Below are positions 21,024-31,500 of a DNA stretch of 64,000 bases, piece by piece. This DNA is from Turneriella sp. Lineage in GTDB: Bacteria; Spirochaetota; Leptospiria; Turneriellales; Turneriellaceae. The position numbers and the translations under genes were made by a program. Location of the stretch: contig CBDIID010000003.1 in assembly GCA_965279515.1 (NCBI GenBank), positions 3,648,001 to 3,712,000 on the forward strand, given 5' to 3'. The number at the start of each line of letters is the position of its first letter. Position 1 is the first letter of the stretch. The notes below the pieces were generated by a model that had not been told where the DNA came from, made no database searches, and saw only the letters and a program-made list of their open reading frames with translations.

Positions 21024-21431
21024 TTATTGAATGCCTTTTTTGTCGAGTTCGCGCACTAAACCATAGCTTTCTTCAACGATTTTACGCGGGTCTTTCTTAT
21101 GACCACCGTGGATGCTGACATTGCCCTTGAGGACCACGCCGCGTGAGATCGTGAGCACTGGAGTTATAATATCGCCGACCATTCTGCCCGTTTCGGTGAG
21201 ACGCACTTCGTCTTTCGCGTCGATATCACCGATCAGTGTGCCTGCGAGAATGACCTCGCGCGCGGTGATATTGGTCTTCACCTTGCCGGTTTCGCCGACA
21301 ACAAGCGCTTCGTCGGTGCGTATATCGCCCTCAAACTTGCCGTCGACCCTGAGGCTGCCTGAAATATAAAAACGCCCTTCGAAGATCGAGCCTTCACCGA
21401 TTACAGAGTTAGTTTGATCGTACTTAGCCAT
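21024..21431 (-). CDS. Bactofilin (polymer-forming cytoskeletal protein)
   Basis: SVIGEGSIFEG..LRVDGKFEGDI..VGETGKV beta-helix repeats. Confidence 0.9.
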   Translation of the reverse strand: MAKYDQTNSVIGEGSIFEGRFYISGSLRVDGKFEGDIRTDEALVVGETGKVKTNITAREVILAGTLIGDIDAKDEVRLTETGRMVGDIITPVLTISRGVVLKGNVSIHGGHKKDPRKIVEESYGLVRELDKKGIQ

Positions 21432-21548
21432 GGTTCACCTGCGCCGAAATAATAGGTCAGAACATAAGGCAGAGGCATCGTGAGAATCAAAAAAGCCCTG
21501 TAAGGCATCGCTCAGAAATGGCCCCGATTCTGCCGAAAATAAAAGGTA

Positions 21549-22034
21549 ATGCCGAGACCTCTCTCACGTTTCCCGTTTTATGTCACCTGCATTTTTATGC
21601 TCAGTGGGATCTCCCCCGTCAGCCTGGCAGCGTATGAGAACAAACCCGACTTCGACGACTACCGCAAGTTCGGCGACGTGGTCGAGAAGTACTCGCGCAA
21701 CAAAGAGAATAATACCTATGGAGTGACGTTGCGTATGCGCGAGAGCGCCATACATGCGCTTGCCGACGGCCGCGTGCACAGTTCAGGGCGCCTGAGGGGA
21801 TACGGGCGCTATGTAATTGTCGATCATGGCCAGGGCTGGCATTCGCTCTACTCGCATCTTGCGCGCGTCGACGCCGCGAAAGGAAAAGAGGTGAAGCGAG
21901 GCGCCGTGATCGGCATTGCGCGTCACAAAAGGCTTTTTTTGGTTGTATCCTACAGAGGAAATCCAATAAACCCCTCAGAAGTGATGAGCGCCCGCATATA
22001 TTCTGAACATCTGACGGCGGCGGCGAACGACTAA
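21549..22034 (+). CDS. Degenerate M23/LytM-domain protein
   Basis: ALADGRV, GYGRYVIVDH, YSHL, INP; HxxxD and HxH zinc ligands missing. Confidence 0.8.
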   Translation: MPRPLSRFPFYVTCIFMLSGISPVSLAAYENKPDFDDYRKFGDVVEKYSRNKENNTYGVTLRMRESAIHALADGRVHSSGRLRGYGRYVIVDHGQGWHSLYSHLARVDAAKGKEVKRGAVIGIARHKRLFLVVSYRGNPINPSEVMSARIYSEHLTAAAND

Positions 22035-22035
22035 C

Positions 22036-23268
22036 ATGGCCTGGGAACTCGTCAACGGCACTATCGTCACACCGCGTGACGTCATCGAACGCGGCTCGGT
22101 CACGATCGATAAAACGCGCATCGCGCAGGTCTCAAAGACCTCGCGCAAATCACAAGATACCATGCAGATCGACGTCAACGGCATGCTGGTATTCCCCGGT
22201 CTCATCAACTGCCACGACCATTTGCTCGGTACCTATGTGCCGCGCGTCGGCGACCGCCGGCCCTACCTCAACTGGCTGGAGTGGGATAACGATCTCAAGA
22301 GTTCACCTGCGTATGCAGAGCGCCAGCAAATCGAATCTTCAGACCTCTACCTGCTCGGCGGCTACCGCCACCTGCTGTGCGGCATCACGCGCGTGCAAGA
22401 TCATATTCCGCATTTTGTGCGCGAGCTGTTTGCGAAGAACATGCCGATCAAAATCATTTCTGATTTTGCCATGGCGCATTCGGTGACATCGTATGCGCTG
22501 AAATGGGGCGACGGCATCGAGATCGAGCATGCGAAAGCGAAAGAGAAGAACATCCCCTTTATCACACATTGTTCAGAAGGTTATGACGAAGAGACGCTGA
22601 GAAGCGTCGAGACACTTGCCGCGAAGGGCGCGCTTAGCAAGCAGACCGTGCTTATCCATGGCATCGCTTTTTCAGACAAAGACATGGAGCTGCTCGCGGC
22701 GAATAAATGCAATGTCGTCTGGTGCCCGGTATCGAACCTCTATATGTTCGAGCAGACCGCGCGCGTCAAAGAGCTCTTAGACCTCGGCATCAACGTCTGC
22801 CTCGGCACCGATTCGCCGATGTCGGGCAGTTTCAGCATTTTTGAAGAATTCCGCGCCGCGCGCGAGTTCTACAAGTTCGCCTATGGCAAAAGTATCGACG
22901 ACCGTGTGCTTGTCGACATGCTCACTACGAATGCAGCGAAGGCGATGTGCCTTCCCGACGCGGGTGAAATAGCCGAAGGCAAGACTGCGGATTTACTCCT
23001 GATCGACGGCAATTCGGCGAATCCATGGGCATCCCTCACCCATGCCGACTATGCAGACGTTATGCTGGTTATCGCCGACGGGGCGCCGCGTTATGGCGAT
23101 ATTGCATTTCAGCCTGTGTTTGACGCGATGAAGATACCATACCAGACGATTCTCGTGAAGGGCGCACGCAAGATTATCGCCGGCGATATTCTCGGGGTGC
23201 AAAGTCGTATACGGCACGCAGTCAAATTTAAAAAGGAACTCGATTTTCTGCCGATAGAGGCCGCTTAA
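22036..23268 (+). CDS. Metal-dependent amidohydrolase family protein
   Basis: PGLINCHDH, THCSEG, LIHG, LGTD. Confidence 0.88.
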   Translation: MAWELVNGTIVTPRDVIERGSVTIDKTRIAQVSKTSRKSQDTMQIDVNGMLVFPGLINCHDHLLGTYVPRVGDRRPYLNWLEWDNDLKSSPAYAERQQIESSDLYLLGGYRHLLCGITRVQDHIPHFVRELFAKNMPIKIISDFAMAHSVTSYALKWGDGIEIEHAKAKEKNIPFITHCSEGYDEETLRSVETLAAKGALSKQTVLIHGIAFSDKDMELLAANKCNVVWCPVSNLYMFEQTARVKELLDLGINVCLGTDSPMSGSFSIFEEFRAAREFYKFAYGKSIDDRVLVDMLTTNAAKAMCLPDAGEIAEGKTADLLLIDGNSANPWASLTHADYADVMLVIADGAPRYGDIAFQPVFDAMKIPYQTILVKGARKIIAGDILGVQSRIRHAVKFKKELDFLPIEAA

Positions 23269-24437
23269 TGCCGATCACACGTAACTACTCAGCCGGTTCC
23301 ATTGTTTATTTTGCCGGCGATGTCGGCGAAGACGTCTATGTAATGCAGAAGGGCCGTATCAGCCTTATCTCCACCTCGCTCGACCAGAAAGACGACATCA
23401 AAGAAGACGTGCGCAAGGGCGAGTTTTTCGGTGTCAAATCGGCTTTGGGCCGTTACCCGCGCGAAGAGACGGCGCAGGTGCTCGCCGATTCCCAGGTGCT
23501 GGTCTTTAAACTTCCCGAATTTGAACAGTTTGGGCAGAAAAATACCCGCATCGTTTTACAGATGCTCAAGGTTTTTTCGTCGCAGCTGCGCCGCGTGCAT
23601 AAAGCGGTGCGTGAATTTTTGGGCGAGCACGGCGCATCAGAAGCTTCGATGGAGCTCGTGAGCGTGGGCGAATATTATTATAAAGCAGGCAAAACCGATT
23701 ACGCTCTTTATGTGTTCGGAACATACCTCAAAAATTTTCCCGCAGGCCCGCTGGCCGAGCGTGTACGCAAACTCTCGCAAGCCGTGAAACAAGGTTCGCC
23801 CTTTCCGCTCGATTTGCCCGATCTCGCCGAAGAGATGCAGCGTAACGAAGTTGCTGCGCGCACCGGCTCGATGATGAGCCGTATCGAACAGGCGCCGGTC
23901 GACAACTATGAAGAGCATGCGGATGTACCGCTGCCCGACGACGATCTGCCGCCGCTCGACGCCTCAGCCCACGATCTCGGCGACTTGCCGCCGCCGGCAG
24001 ATTTTGACATGCCGATGCCTGACGACTTCGGCGACATGGGCGGCGGAAAATCTGTCTCAGATCATTTTAACGATGGCCTGACCGCCTTTGCCGGCCAGCG
24101 TTTCGACGAAGCACTCACCGCGTATCACGAAGCACTTACCGCGGCAGGTACGGCAGATCCCGCGATGCACGAAAAGATTTTATTCGAACTCGGCCGTACG
24201 CATGTGAAGAAGGGCGACAGCAAGGGTGCAGTGGAAAAATTTTCAGAGATACTGCGCACTTACCAACACGGCACTTATACCAAAAAGACCATGATCCAGC
24301 TCGCTGAAATCTACGAGCGTGCGCGCGACACGGCGCGGGCCGTGCAGTTTTATGAAAAAGCGGCGCGCATTCCGCCGCAAGATAAAGAGGCGAATATCGC
24401 CCAGCAGAAAGCCAATCAGCTCAGGGGAAATAAATGA
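23268..24437 (+). CDS. Cyclic-nucleotide-binding + TPR protein
   Basis: GEFFG..REETA cNMP domain, acidic Pro-rich linker, C-terminal TPRs. Confidence 0.85.
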   Translation: MPITRNYSAGSIVYFAGDVGEDVYVMQKGRISLISTSLDQKDDIKEDVRKGEFFGVKSALGRYPREETAQVLADSQVLVFKLPEFEQFGQKNTRIVLQMLKVFSSQLRRVHKAVREFLGEHGASEASMELVSVGEYYYKAGKTDYALYVFGTYLKNFPAGPLAERVRKLSQAVKQGSPFPLDLPDLAEEMQRNEVAARTGSMMSRIEQAPVDNYEEHADVPLPDDDLPPLDASAHDLGDLPPPADFDMPMPDDFGDMGGGKSVSDHFNDGLTAFAGQRFDEALTAYHEALTAAGTADPAMHEKILFELGRTHVKKGDSKGAVEKFSEILRTYQHGTYTKKTMIQLAEIYERARDTARAVQFYEKAARIPPQDKEANIAQQKANQLRGNK

Positions 24438-25075
24438 CCGGCGGCGGGCTCTTCAACAAATTCGGTAAGCAGTTCAATACCGGCGAAATTATCTTCTGCG
24501 AATTTGAGCCTGGCAACAGCTTTTATCTTATCCAGACGGGCAGGATAAAAATCTCCAAAGTCGTCAAAGACAAAGAGAAGACGATGGATATCCTCGGCGT
24601 CGGCGACATTTTCGGCGAAATGGCGATTCTCGAAGAGCAGCCGCGCTCGGCGACCGCAACGGCGATCGAACCCGTCACGGTACTGCATTTTGACCGGGAT
24701 AATTTTGTCTCGATGATGATGAGCCAGCCGCAGCTTGCTTTCAAACTCCTGGTAGTGTTCTCAAAACGTATCTATGACGCCAAACGCCGCCTCATGATAC
24801 TCCTGCTCGACGATATACAGTCGAAGATTGCGGACGTTTTCCTGATGCTGGCCGAAAAAGAGCCGACTTTTGCCAATATGCGCGAGGTCTCGTTTCCTGT
24901 GACGATCGACGATGTCGCCAATTGGGCGGGTACCGGCACCGACCAGGTCTCAGAGCAGCTCAACCATTGGGCCAAAATCGGTAAAATTGAGCTTTACAGT
25001 GACCGCATTTTCGTACGGAATATGGCGGATTTTAAAAGGATTGTCGCGCAGAAGCGGAAGGTTGAAAAAAGATAA
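24434..25075 (+). CDS. Crp/Fnr family transcriptional regulator
   Basis: GDIFGEMA..PRSATA and C-terminal HTH (TIDDVANWAG). Confidence 0.88.
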   Translation: MTGGGLFNKFGKQFNTGEIIFCEFEPGNSFYLIQTGRIKISKVVKDKEKTMDILGVGDIFGEMAILEEQPRSATATAIEPVTVLHFDRDNFVSMMMSQPQLAFKLLVVFSKRIYDAKRRLMILLLDDIQSKIADVFLMLAEKEPTFANMREVSFPVTIDDVANWAGTGTDQVSEQLNHWAKIGKIELYSDRIFVRNMADFKRIVAQKRKVEKR

Positions 25076-25115
25076 ACATTAGCCCGCTTTCTGCCGATAT
25101 AGACTAGGGGAAACT

Positions 25116-25919
25116 ATGTTACGGAAAATCATTTTTGCCATGCTGTTGTCCGCGCCGCTCGTATTTGCGCAGACCAACGAAAATAAAGGTACGGGAGCTG
25201 CAAAAGCCCCTACGGGAACCGATGCCCAGCCTGCGGGCGGACGCATTCGCGATGAGCGGGTTTCGGTCGAAAACATGACGTTCTGGAAAAAGAACGCCAC
25301 GGACGGCAAGGGTGACTACCTTGAGTTCACCTTCGACATCGTCAACAAGACCGAAGACAGCATTCCCCTGAAAATGTTCATCATCGCCTTCAATGAACGC
25401 GACCTCGTCGACGCGGAATACCGCCGCTACGTGGAATATCCTAAATGGCGCAAATGGGACGAAGATAAGAAGATGCACAAACTGGTGCTCTTCAACAGCA
25501 TCCCTGACACGAAGCACGAAGATGTCGCGGCATACGCGCGCAAGAAAGAGGAGACTGTCGCCAAGAACGGCGGTTTTAAGCCTAAAGATGAGCCAGCGCA
25601 ACCAACCGGTAACAAAAAAAAGTCACCCACGCTGAAGGAATTTCTGCACTACGTACAGTATGTTCATGATAACCCAAACTCGGGTCTCGACGTCATGCTG
25701 CAGGGTTTTGAAGACGCCAAATTCACGCGCAAGGTCGAGCCGACCTACCGCATCGAAGAAAAAGCACTCAAAACCAACGTCTGGGGCAAGCTGCTGTCGC
25801 GCTACCGCGTCGACCGTAAGTTCTTCAACCATATCGGCCTTGTGCTCTACGATACAGAAACAAAAAAAATCGTACACCGCCAGTTCTACAGCATCAACGG
25901 CAAATTCAAGATTCTCTGA
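25116..25919 (+). CDS. Exported hypothetical protein
   Basis: SD GGGGA, signal peptide ending in VFA, 267-aa ORF. Confidence 0.7.
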   Translation: MLRKIIFAMLLSAPLVFAQTNENKGTGAAKAPTGTDAQPAGGRIRDERVSVENMTFWKKNATDGKGDYLEFTFDIVNKTEDSIPLKMFIIAFNERDLVDAEYRRYVEYPKWRKWDEDKKMHKLVLFNSIPDTKHEDVAAYARKKEETVAKNGGFKPKDEPAQPTGNKKKSPTLKEFLHYVQYVHDNPNSGLDVMLQGFEDAKFTRKVEPTYRIEEKALKTNVWGKLLSRYRVDRKFFNHIGLVLYDTETKKIVHRQFYSINGKFKIL

Positions 25920-25975
25920 CGAACCCACCCGATAAGTCTTGTCGTCGCGGCTCAGCAATTTAACCGCGACGTAAG

Positions 25976-26464
25976 ATGCTCACCCGCCGTATCGGCCAGT
26001 TTTTTGAGCGCAGCCGTGAGCACTGGCTGTTCGTGCCGCTCTTTGTGCTGCTGATTCTGTCGTTCATCTATGTTTTTTTTATTGGTGAGAAGGGGCTCAT
26101 GGCCTACCGCGTGCGGCTGCACGAACGCGAAGAACTGAAGACGCAGATCGAAAATTTTACCCGTCAGAAGGCGGAGCTCAAACAGAAACTGGTGATGCTG
26201 AGCAATAAAGACATGGCGGTCCAGAAGTTCAGTAAGGATTTCTACCTGTTTCAGGAAAAGGTGCGCATTCTGAAATTCCGCGAGGGCAGCGAAGAGAAAC
26301 TTCCCGAAATTACGGCAGCCGCCGATCTGGCGACGACGCAGAAATTTTATATTATTTTTACCAGCATTGTGATCGCGCTTGTCACATTGTTCTTCTACCG
26401 CCGCAACACCGCGCGCATGAATATGGATAAAGTGCGGCCTTTTGCGCTTTCAGACGATACTTGA
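25976..26464 (+). CDS. FtsB/DivIC-like septum formation initiator with extra C-terminal TM
   Basis: TM followed by GEKGL and a coiled coil; second hydrophobic helix near C-terminus. Confidence 0.6.
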   Translation: MLTRRIGQFFERSREHWLFVPLFVLLILSFIYVFFIGEKGLMAYRVRLHEREELKTQIENFTRQKAELKQKLVMLSNKDMAVQKFSKDFYLFQEKVRILKFREGSEEKLPEITAAADLATTQKFYIIFTSIVIALVTLFFYRRNTARMNMDKVRPFALSDDT

Positions 26465-26470
26465 GGTAAG

Positions 26471-28018
26471 ATGCGAATATTTTTCCTGGGCTCAGTGCTT
26501 GTTACGGTGGGACTATTTGCCGCCGACCCGCTGGTTAAATACCGTGCCGCCGTCGAAAAATTCGAAGCGAAAAAATACGCTGACGCGCAGAAACTTTTCA
26601 ACGAATTCATTACTGAAAATCCCTACGAAGCCGAGGTAAAAAAGTCATGGTATTACATGGCGCTGACCTCTGAAGCGCAGGGCCACTACCACGAAGCCAT
26701 TACCCGGGCAAACATCACGCTCGAGCGTTATCCCGGGCATAATGACCGCCTCGAACTCAAGGTGCTTACAGGCGAATGCCTCTACAAAGTGAATGCGCAT
26801 GCCCGCGCTGAGAAGATTCTGCTCGATACCGGCCGCACGGTAAAAGAGGGCAAGCTGCGTTACCGCATCGACAAGACGCTCGGTCTCATTGCCTATGATG
26901 CGCGCCTGCTCCCCAAAGCGACGACCCACCTCAAGGCGGCGCTGCGCATCCATGAAAAAACTCCGACGGGCGATGCGGATGTTTTTACGGTCTACAAAAC
27001 TTTAGGTACGATCTATGCGGATGACGCGCTGCAGATCGAAGCCGCAGCGACTTACCTGCAGTCGGCGATACAGATCGGCGAGGCGCAGAAGAATCCCGAG
27101 GTGAAAACGCTCCGGGTTTTACTGAGAAAAATTTCACTGCGTCGCATCGACAAGCTGAACGGCTTGCCTGACAACTCGATCGCCGATATCCGTGTCGACG
27201 GCGACGATATCTATGTCGCGACCTGGGGTGCGGGGCTCGTGCGTTACCTGAGATCACAGGATAAGCTGGAGAAGATACCCTTGCCGTCGCCGCAGCTACG
27301 CGGTATCTATGTGGATTTTGAAGAAATCTTTGTCACATCTTTCGATGGTGTTTACCGCATCGCGAAGAAAACCGGCAAAACTTCTGCCTTGAGCGACGAC
27401 TCGGGCGAACTGAAACTTGGGCAAAAAACCATCAAAGATGACCGGTATATTTATTTTTCCACGCTCAACCGCGGACTCATTCAGTATGATACCATCAAGA
27501 AGAAGGTTGTAACCCTGGGCAAAGAATCGTGGGTCGGATCAAATCAGGTCTATGCCATCGACGCGGATGTCGATTACATCGCCGTGGGTACGCTCGATCG
27601 CGGTGCCGCCATCCATAATAAGAAGACGGGCGAAACCTTTCGCATCATGACCGGCGAGGGGGGGCTCAGATCAGAGAATGTGAAGGCGGTACTGCTCGAC
27701 GGGCGTTATGTCTATGTCGGCGCGCACAACGACGGCGTCTATGTCTATGACATCCGCGAGAAAAAACTGACCCGCCTCAAAATGGAGCTGCCTTTCCCGT
27801 CTGCATTTGCCCGCCGCGATAATGAGATCTTCATCGGCACGTCGGGGCAGGGCATTCGTATTCTCGACCGCAACGATAACAGCGTCGAGAAGCTCAGCGC
27901 CGTCGAAGGCTTAAGCTCGAACGAAGTGCAGATTCTGCGCATCGAGGGCGACTTTCTCTGGGTGGGTTATCTGGAGAATGGCATCGATGTGGTCTATAGG
28001 CCACAAAAAGAGAAATAA
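26471..28018 (+). CDS. Exported TPR + beta-propeller protein
   Basis: BamD/CpoB-like TPRs; GLPDNSI, GLRSENV, GLSSNEV Reg_prop-like repeats. Confidence 0.75.
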   Translation: MRIFFLGSVLVTVGLFAADPLVKYRAAVEKFEAKKYADAQKLFNEFITENPYEAEVKKSWYYMALTSEAQGHYHEAITRANITLERYPGHNDRLELKVLTGECLYKVNAHARAEKILLDTGRTVKEGKLRYRIDKTLGLIAYDARLLPKATTHLKAALRIHEKTPTGDADVFTVYKTLGTIYADDALQIEAAATYLQSAIQIGEAQKNPEVKTLRVLLRKISLRRIDKLNGLPDNSIADIRVDGDDIYVATWGAGLVRYLRSQDKLEKIPLPSPQLRGIYVDFEEIFVTSFDGVYRIAKKTGKTSALSDDSGELKLGQKTIKDDRYIYFSTLNRGLIQYDTIKKKVVTLGKESWVGSNQVYAIDADVDYIAVGTLDRGAAIHNKKTGETFRIMTGEGGLRSENVKAVLLDGRYVYVGAHNDGVYVYDIREKKLTRLKMELPFPSAFARRDNEIFIGTSGQGIRILDRNDNSVEKLSAVEGLSSNEVQILRIEGDFLWVGYLENGIDVVYRPQKEK

Positions 28019-28024
28019 CGCCGC

Positions 28025-28900
28025 TTAGGCGAATGTCTCTTTGTTGCCGATGAACTTAATCCCGGGATTCTCTTTCGCTTTCGCCAGGAAACTGCGCCAG
28101 ATGCGGTCGATCATATTCGCCGCCTGGCCCGTCGGTGCCATGAACTGCAGGTGCAAGACAATATGGCCGCCCTGCATCTCGGTTAAAACCCGCGGTTCGC
28201 GGTAACCCGACATGACATCGCGGTCATCCTCATCGGTCTCTTGCTGCTCTTTGGCGGCGATCGCCGTCGCATAGTGTTCGTTCGTGATCGAGCTCAGCAG
28301 AGCCGCGGCAGAATCCCAGTCAGACACAGCGTCGAGATGCACGTGGATCTCCTGAAAGGTATGCGCGATCTGTTTGCTCGTGGTGGCGATGATTTCGGTG
28401 AAAATTTTCGCGTTCGGGAAAAAAATAATGCGCCCGGTGGTGAGTCCCCCCTCGGTGCTTGAAACTTCCATGATGCTGGTTTCCATGAGGCGGATGTCAA
28501 TCACGTCGCCCGCAATCTGCCCCATCTGCACGCGGTCGCCGATCACGTAGGGCCGGCGGATGACGATATAGGCCCAGCCGCCGATGCACAGCCAGAGATC
28601 ACGCGTGACGATCAGAAAACCGGCACCGAAAATACCCAAAAAGGTGGCAATGTTACGGATAGAGGGCAGCCAGACGGGCAGCAGTAAAAAGACACCGACG
28701 AAAAATACGAAATATGAAACGCCGCGCCGGTAACGCATGCGCACGAATTTGTCTTCGATGCTGCGGTTGGCGATGCCGACCACCATCGCGCGTATGAGTA
28801 CCAGGAGCACAACCACGATCGCCGTCGCGATGTAGGTGTGCCCCGTTGTGAGTTTAACCCAGAGATTATTGAGATTCGTCGGACTGAAAAAATCAGCCAT
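28025..28900 (-). CDS. mscS: Small-conductance mechanosensitive channel
   Basis: 3 TM, RPYVIGDRV, GDVIDI, FPN. Confidence 0.88.
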   Translation of the reverse strand: MADFFSPTNLNNLWVKLTTGHTYIATAIVVVLLVLIRAMVVGIANRSIEDKFVRMRYRRGVSYFVFFVGVFLLLPVWLPSIRNIATFLGIFGAGFLIVTRDLWLCIGGWAYIVIRRPYVIGDRVQMGQIAGDVIDIRLMETSIMEVSSTEGGLTTGRIIFFPNAKIFTEIIATTSKQIAHTFQEIHVHLDAVSDWDSAAALLSSITNEHYATAIAAKEQQETDEDDRDVMSGYREPRVLTEMQGGHIVLHLQFMAPTGQAANMIDRIWRSFLAKAKENPGIKFIGNKETFA

Positions 28901-28903
28901 GCA

Positions 28904-30712
28904 TTATGCGCTGCGTTTTCTCATCGAAGGATTGAGAACTTTTTTGCGCAAACGCAGGCTTGAAGGAGTCACTTCAAGGGTTTCGTCATCTTCGAGAAAG
29001 TCGAGGCACTGTTCGAGCGACATTTTTTTATGAGGCACGAGGCGCAGCGCTTCGTCTGTACCCGAAGCACGGACGTTACTCTGCTTTTTTTCCTTAATCG
29101 GGTTCACGTCGAGGTCATTATCTTTTGCATGCAGGCCAATGACCATGCCAACGTAGACAGGTACCTGGGCAGTGACGAACAGGTCACCGCGGTCCTGGAT
29201 ACTGAAAAGAGCATAGGCGTTGGTTGCGCCGGCTTCCATACTGACGATCGCGCCACGCGTACGGCCAGAGAAATCGCCCGCGTAAGGGCGGTAACCCAGG
29301 AACAAACCTGACATTGAGCCTTCACCGCGCGTTTCAGTTAAGAAAAAGCTGCGGAAACCGATGAGGCCGCGCGTCGGCATTTCATATTTGATGCGGACGA
29401 ACCCTGTTGACAGGGTTTCCATAATCATCATCATACCTTTGCGGCGGTTCAGTTCCTGTATGACACCACCTGAATACGTTTCTGGCATATCCATAACCAT
29501 TTCTTCAAACGGTTCAAGCTTTTCGCCGTTTTCTGTTTTGAAGATAACCTGTGGTTTTGAGACACCCAGTTCAAATCCTTCGCGGCGCATATTCTCGATG
29601 AGGATTGCGAGCTGCAGTTCGCCCCGACCGGCGACTTCGAACGAATCTCCGCGGTCCTGGACTTTGAGCGAGAGATTGGTTTTCAGTTCGCGTTCCAGGC
29701 GCTCGCGTATGTTACGTGAAGTCACCCATTTACCTTCTTTGCCGGCAAATGGCGAGTCGTTGACCCAGAACTGCATCGATACCGTTGGTGGTTCGATCTT
29801 GATGCGAGGTAACGCCTCTGCGACGCTTTCAGCGCAGAGCGTATCGCCGATCGTCATCTCTTCGATACCCGCGATCGCGATAATGTTAGGGCACGATGCT
29901 TCGTTGACCTCGATGCGCTTGAGCCCGAGGAAGTCGAACAGCTTCGTGATTTTGTGTTTTGACACGGTGGGTTCGCCTTTTTCATTTTCACCGCGCAGAA
30001 CGACTTGGTCTCCGACTTTGACTGAACCATTGAAGACGCGGCCGATACAGATACGGCCGAGATAGTCGTTGTAGTCGAGGTTCGTCACCTGGAATGTGAA
30101 TGGGCCTGCGGCATCGCCGGCGCCGTCGCGAGCATATTTCATGACAGTGTCGAGCAGTGGTTTAATCGATGCCTTAGACTCGGGCTTTTCGAAATCCGCC
30201 CAATCTAAGAATGCATAGTTGTTCTTCGCACTGGCATAGATAACCGGGAAGTCTGTCTGTTCATCGGAAGCGTTGAGCTCGACGAAGAGGTCGAAAACAT
30301 CGTTGATCACCAGCTGGGGATCGCAGTTGGGTTTATCTACCTTATTGATAACGAGAATAATTTTGTGACCGAGTTCGAGCGCTTTTTTCAGAACAAAGCG
30401 CGTCTGCGGCATCGGGCCTTCCATCGCGTCGACGAGCAGTAAGCAGGTGTCGACCATACGCAGAATACGCTCGACTTCGCCGCCGAAGTCGCTGTGACCC
30501 GGGGTATCGACGATGTTGATGCGGGTGCCTTCGTATTCGACGGCGGTGTTCTTCGCAAGAATCGTGATACCACGTTCTTTTTCAAGATCATTCGAGTCCA
30601 TGGCGCGTTCCGTCACGTCTTTGGCGTCGCCGCCGGAGCAGAAGTTTAGAATCTTGTCGACGAGGGTTGTTTTACCGTGGTCGACGTGAGCAATAATGGC
30701 AATGTTTTTCAT
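28904..30712 (-). CDS. typA: Translational GTPase TypA/BipA
   Basis: [46 protein letters not shown]; start at MKNIAII. Confidence 0.97.
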   Translation of the reverse strand: MKNIAIIAHVDHGKTTLVDKILNFCSGGDAKDVTERAMDSNDLEKERGITILAKNTAVEYEGTRINIVDTPGHSDFGGEVERILRMVDTCLLLVDAMEGPMPQTRFVLKKALELGHKIILVINKVDKPNCDPQLVINDVFDLFVELNASDEQTDFPVIYASAKNNYAFLDWADFEKPESKASIKPLLDTVMKYARDGAGDAAGPFTFQVTNLDYNDYLGRICIGRVFNGSVKVGDQVVLRGENEKGEPTVSKHKITKLFDFLGLKRIEVNEASCPNIIAIAGIEEMTIGDTLCAESVAEALPRIKIEPPTVSMQFWVNDSPFAGKEGKWVTSRNIRERLERELKTNLSLKVQDRGDSFEVAGRGELQLAILIENMRREGFELGVSKPQVIFKTENGEKLEPFEEMVMDMPETYSGGVIQELNRRKGMMMIMETLSTGFVRIKYEMPTRGLIGFRSFFLTETRGEGSMSGLFLGYRPYAGDFSGRTRGAIVSMEAGATNAYALFSIQDRGDLFVTAQVPVYVGMVIGLHAKDNDLDVNPIKEKKQSNVRASGTDEALRLVPHKKMSLEQCLDFLEDDETLEVTPSSLRLRKKVLNPSMRKRSA

Positions 30713-30793
30713 AGTTTTGTACGCTGCCAAAAACTGGAGTCGAGATGAGGTGTAAACCAAAGAAGATATGCCGGCTAGCTGCCGGATTTCAGG

Positions 30794-30826
30794 AAAATCA
30801 CGACGGCCCTGTCAGCAGGGCCGCCG
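30794..30826 (-). terminator. Intrinsic terminator of the YHYH-SCO operon
   Basis: CGGCCCTG-TCAG-CAGGGCCG stem followed by a short T run on the minus strand. Confidence 0.55.
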
Positions 30827-30833
30827 CAAAGTA

Positions 30834-31493
30834 TCAGAAAGTATAGTTCGCGGCAATTCCCGGCATAATATTGAAGGAATTGGCCGAGTAGTCAGCGGCA
30901 CTGGCCTGCCCCATGGGCTGGTTCACGGTGGCGAAAGAATAAGCGAAATTCACGAACCCGCTGAGCGAAAATTCGCGCGTGATTTGATAATCGTATCCGG
31001 CGCGCAGCGACGCGATCGGGGACAAAAGGATTTTCGTAGTGGCAGAGCCGTTATCTGCTTTGAGCAATCCCACCGAATAGCCGAAGCCCGCGCCCGCCCA
31101 TAATCCTTTGATGAAATAATACCGGGCCAGCAGTTCCATGGGAATATAGGTAAGCCTTTCGGTCTGTTCCTGGCCGAAGTAGGTGGCTGTGTTGGTATAA
31201 ATCTGCATATACCCGGCGGAGAAACCGACCTGTGTCCGTGAGTTTCCGTACCAGCCGATGGCGCCGAAAGACGGAGAATAATAAGTCCCCGAATTTGACA
31301 GAGTGGAATCCACGGCCTTCGAGAAGGTGCTTTTCGTCGAATAGTTGAAAGCGCCCCAGGCAGATAGCTGGAAATTCGCATTCTTCCAGAATTCGTAAGA
31401 TGCCGGCTCTGATGTGCCTGATTTTTCCTGCGCATGGATCGGTACCAGCAGGATTGCCGCCATCGAGATTGCCATCGTAATTTTTTTCATCAT
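30834..31493 (-). CDS. Outer-membrane beta-barrel protein
   Basis: Signal peptide, aromatic-rich strands, C-terminal ANYTF. Confidence 0.7.
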   Translation of the reverse strand: MMKKITMAISMAAILLVPIHAQEKSGTSEPASYEFWKNANFQLSAWGAFNYSTKSTFSKAVDSTLSNSGTYYSPSFGAIGWYGNSRTQVGFSAGYMQIYTNTATYFGQEQTERLTYIPMELLARYYFIKGLWAGAGFGYSVGLLKADNGSATTKILLSPIASLRAGYDYQITREFSLSGFVNFAYSFATVNQPMGQASAADYSANSFNIMPGIAANYTF

Positions 31494-31500
31494 TAACTCC

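Noticed and set aside
29361..30065. 234-aa ORF antisense to typA
   Set aside because: Shadow of a highly conserved gene.
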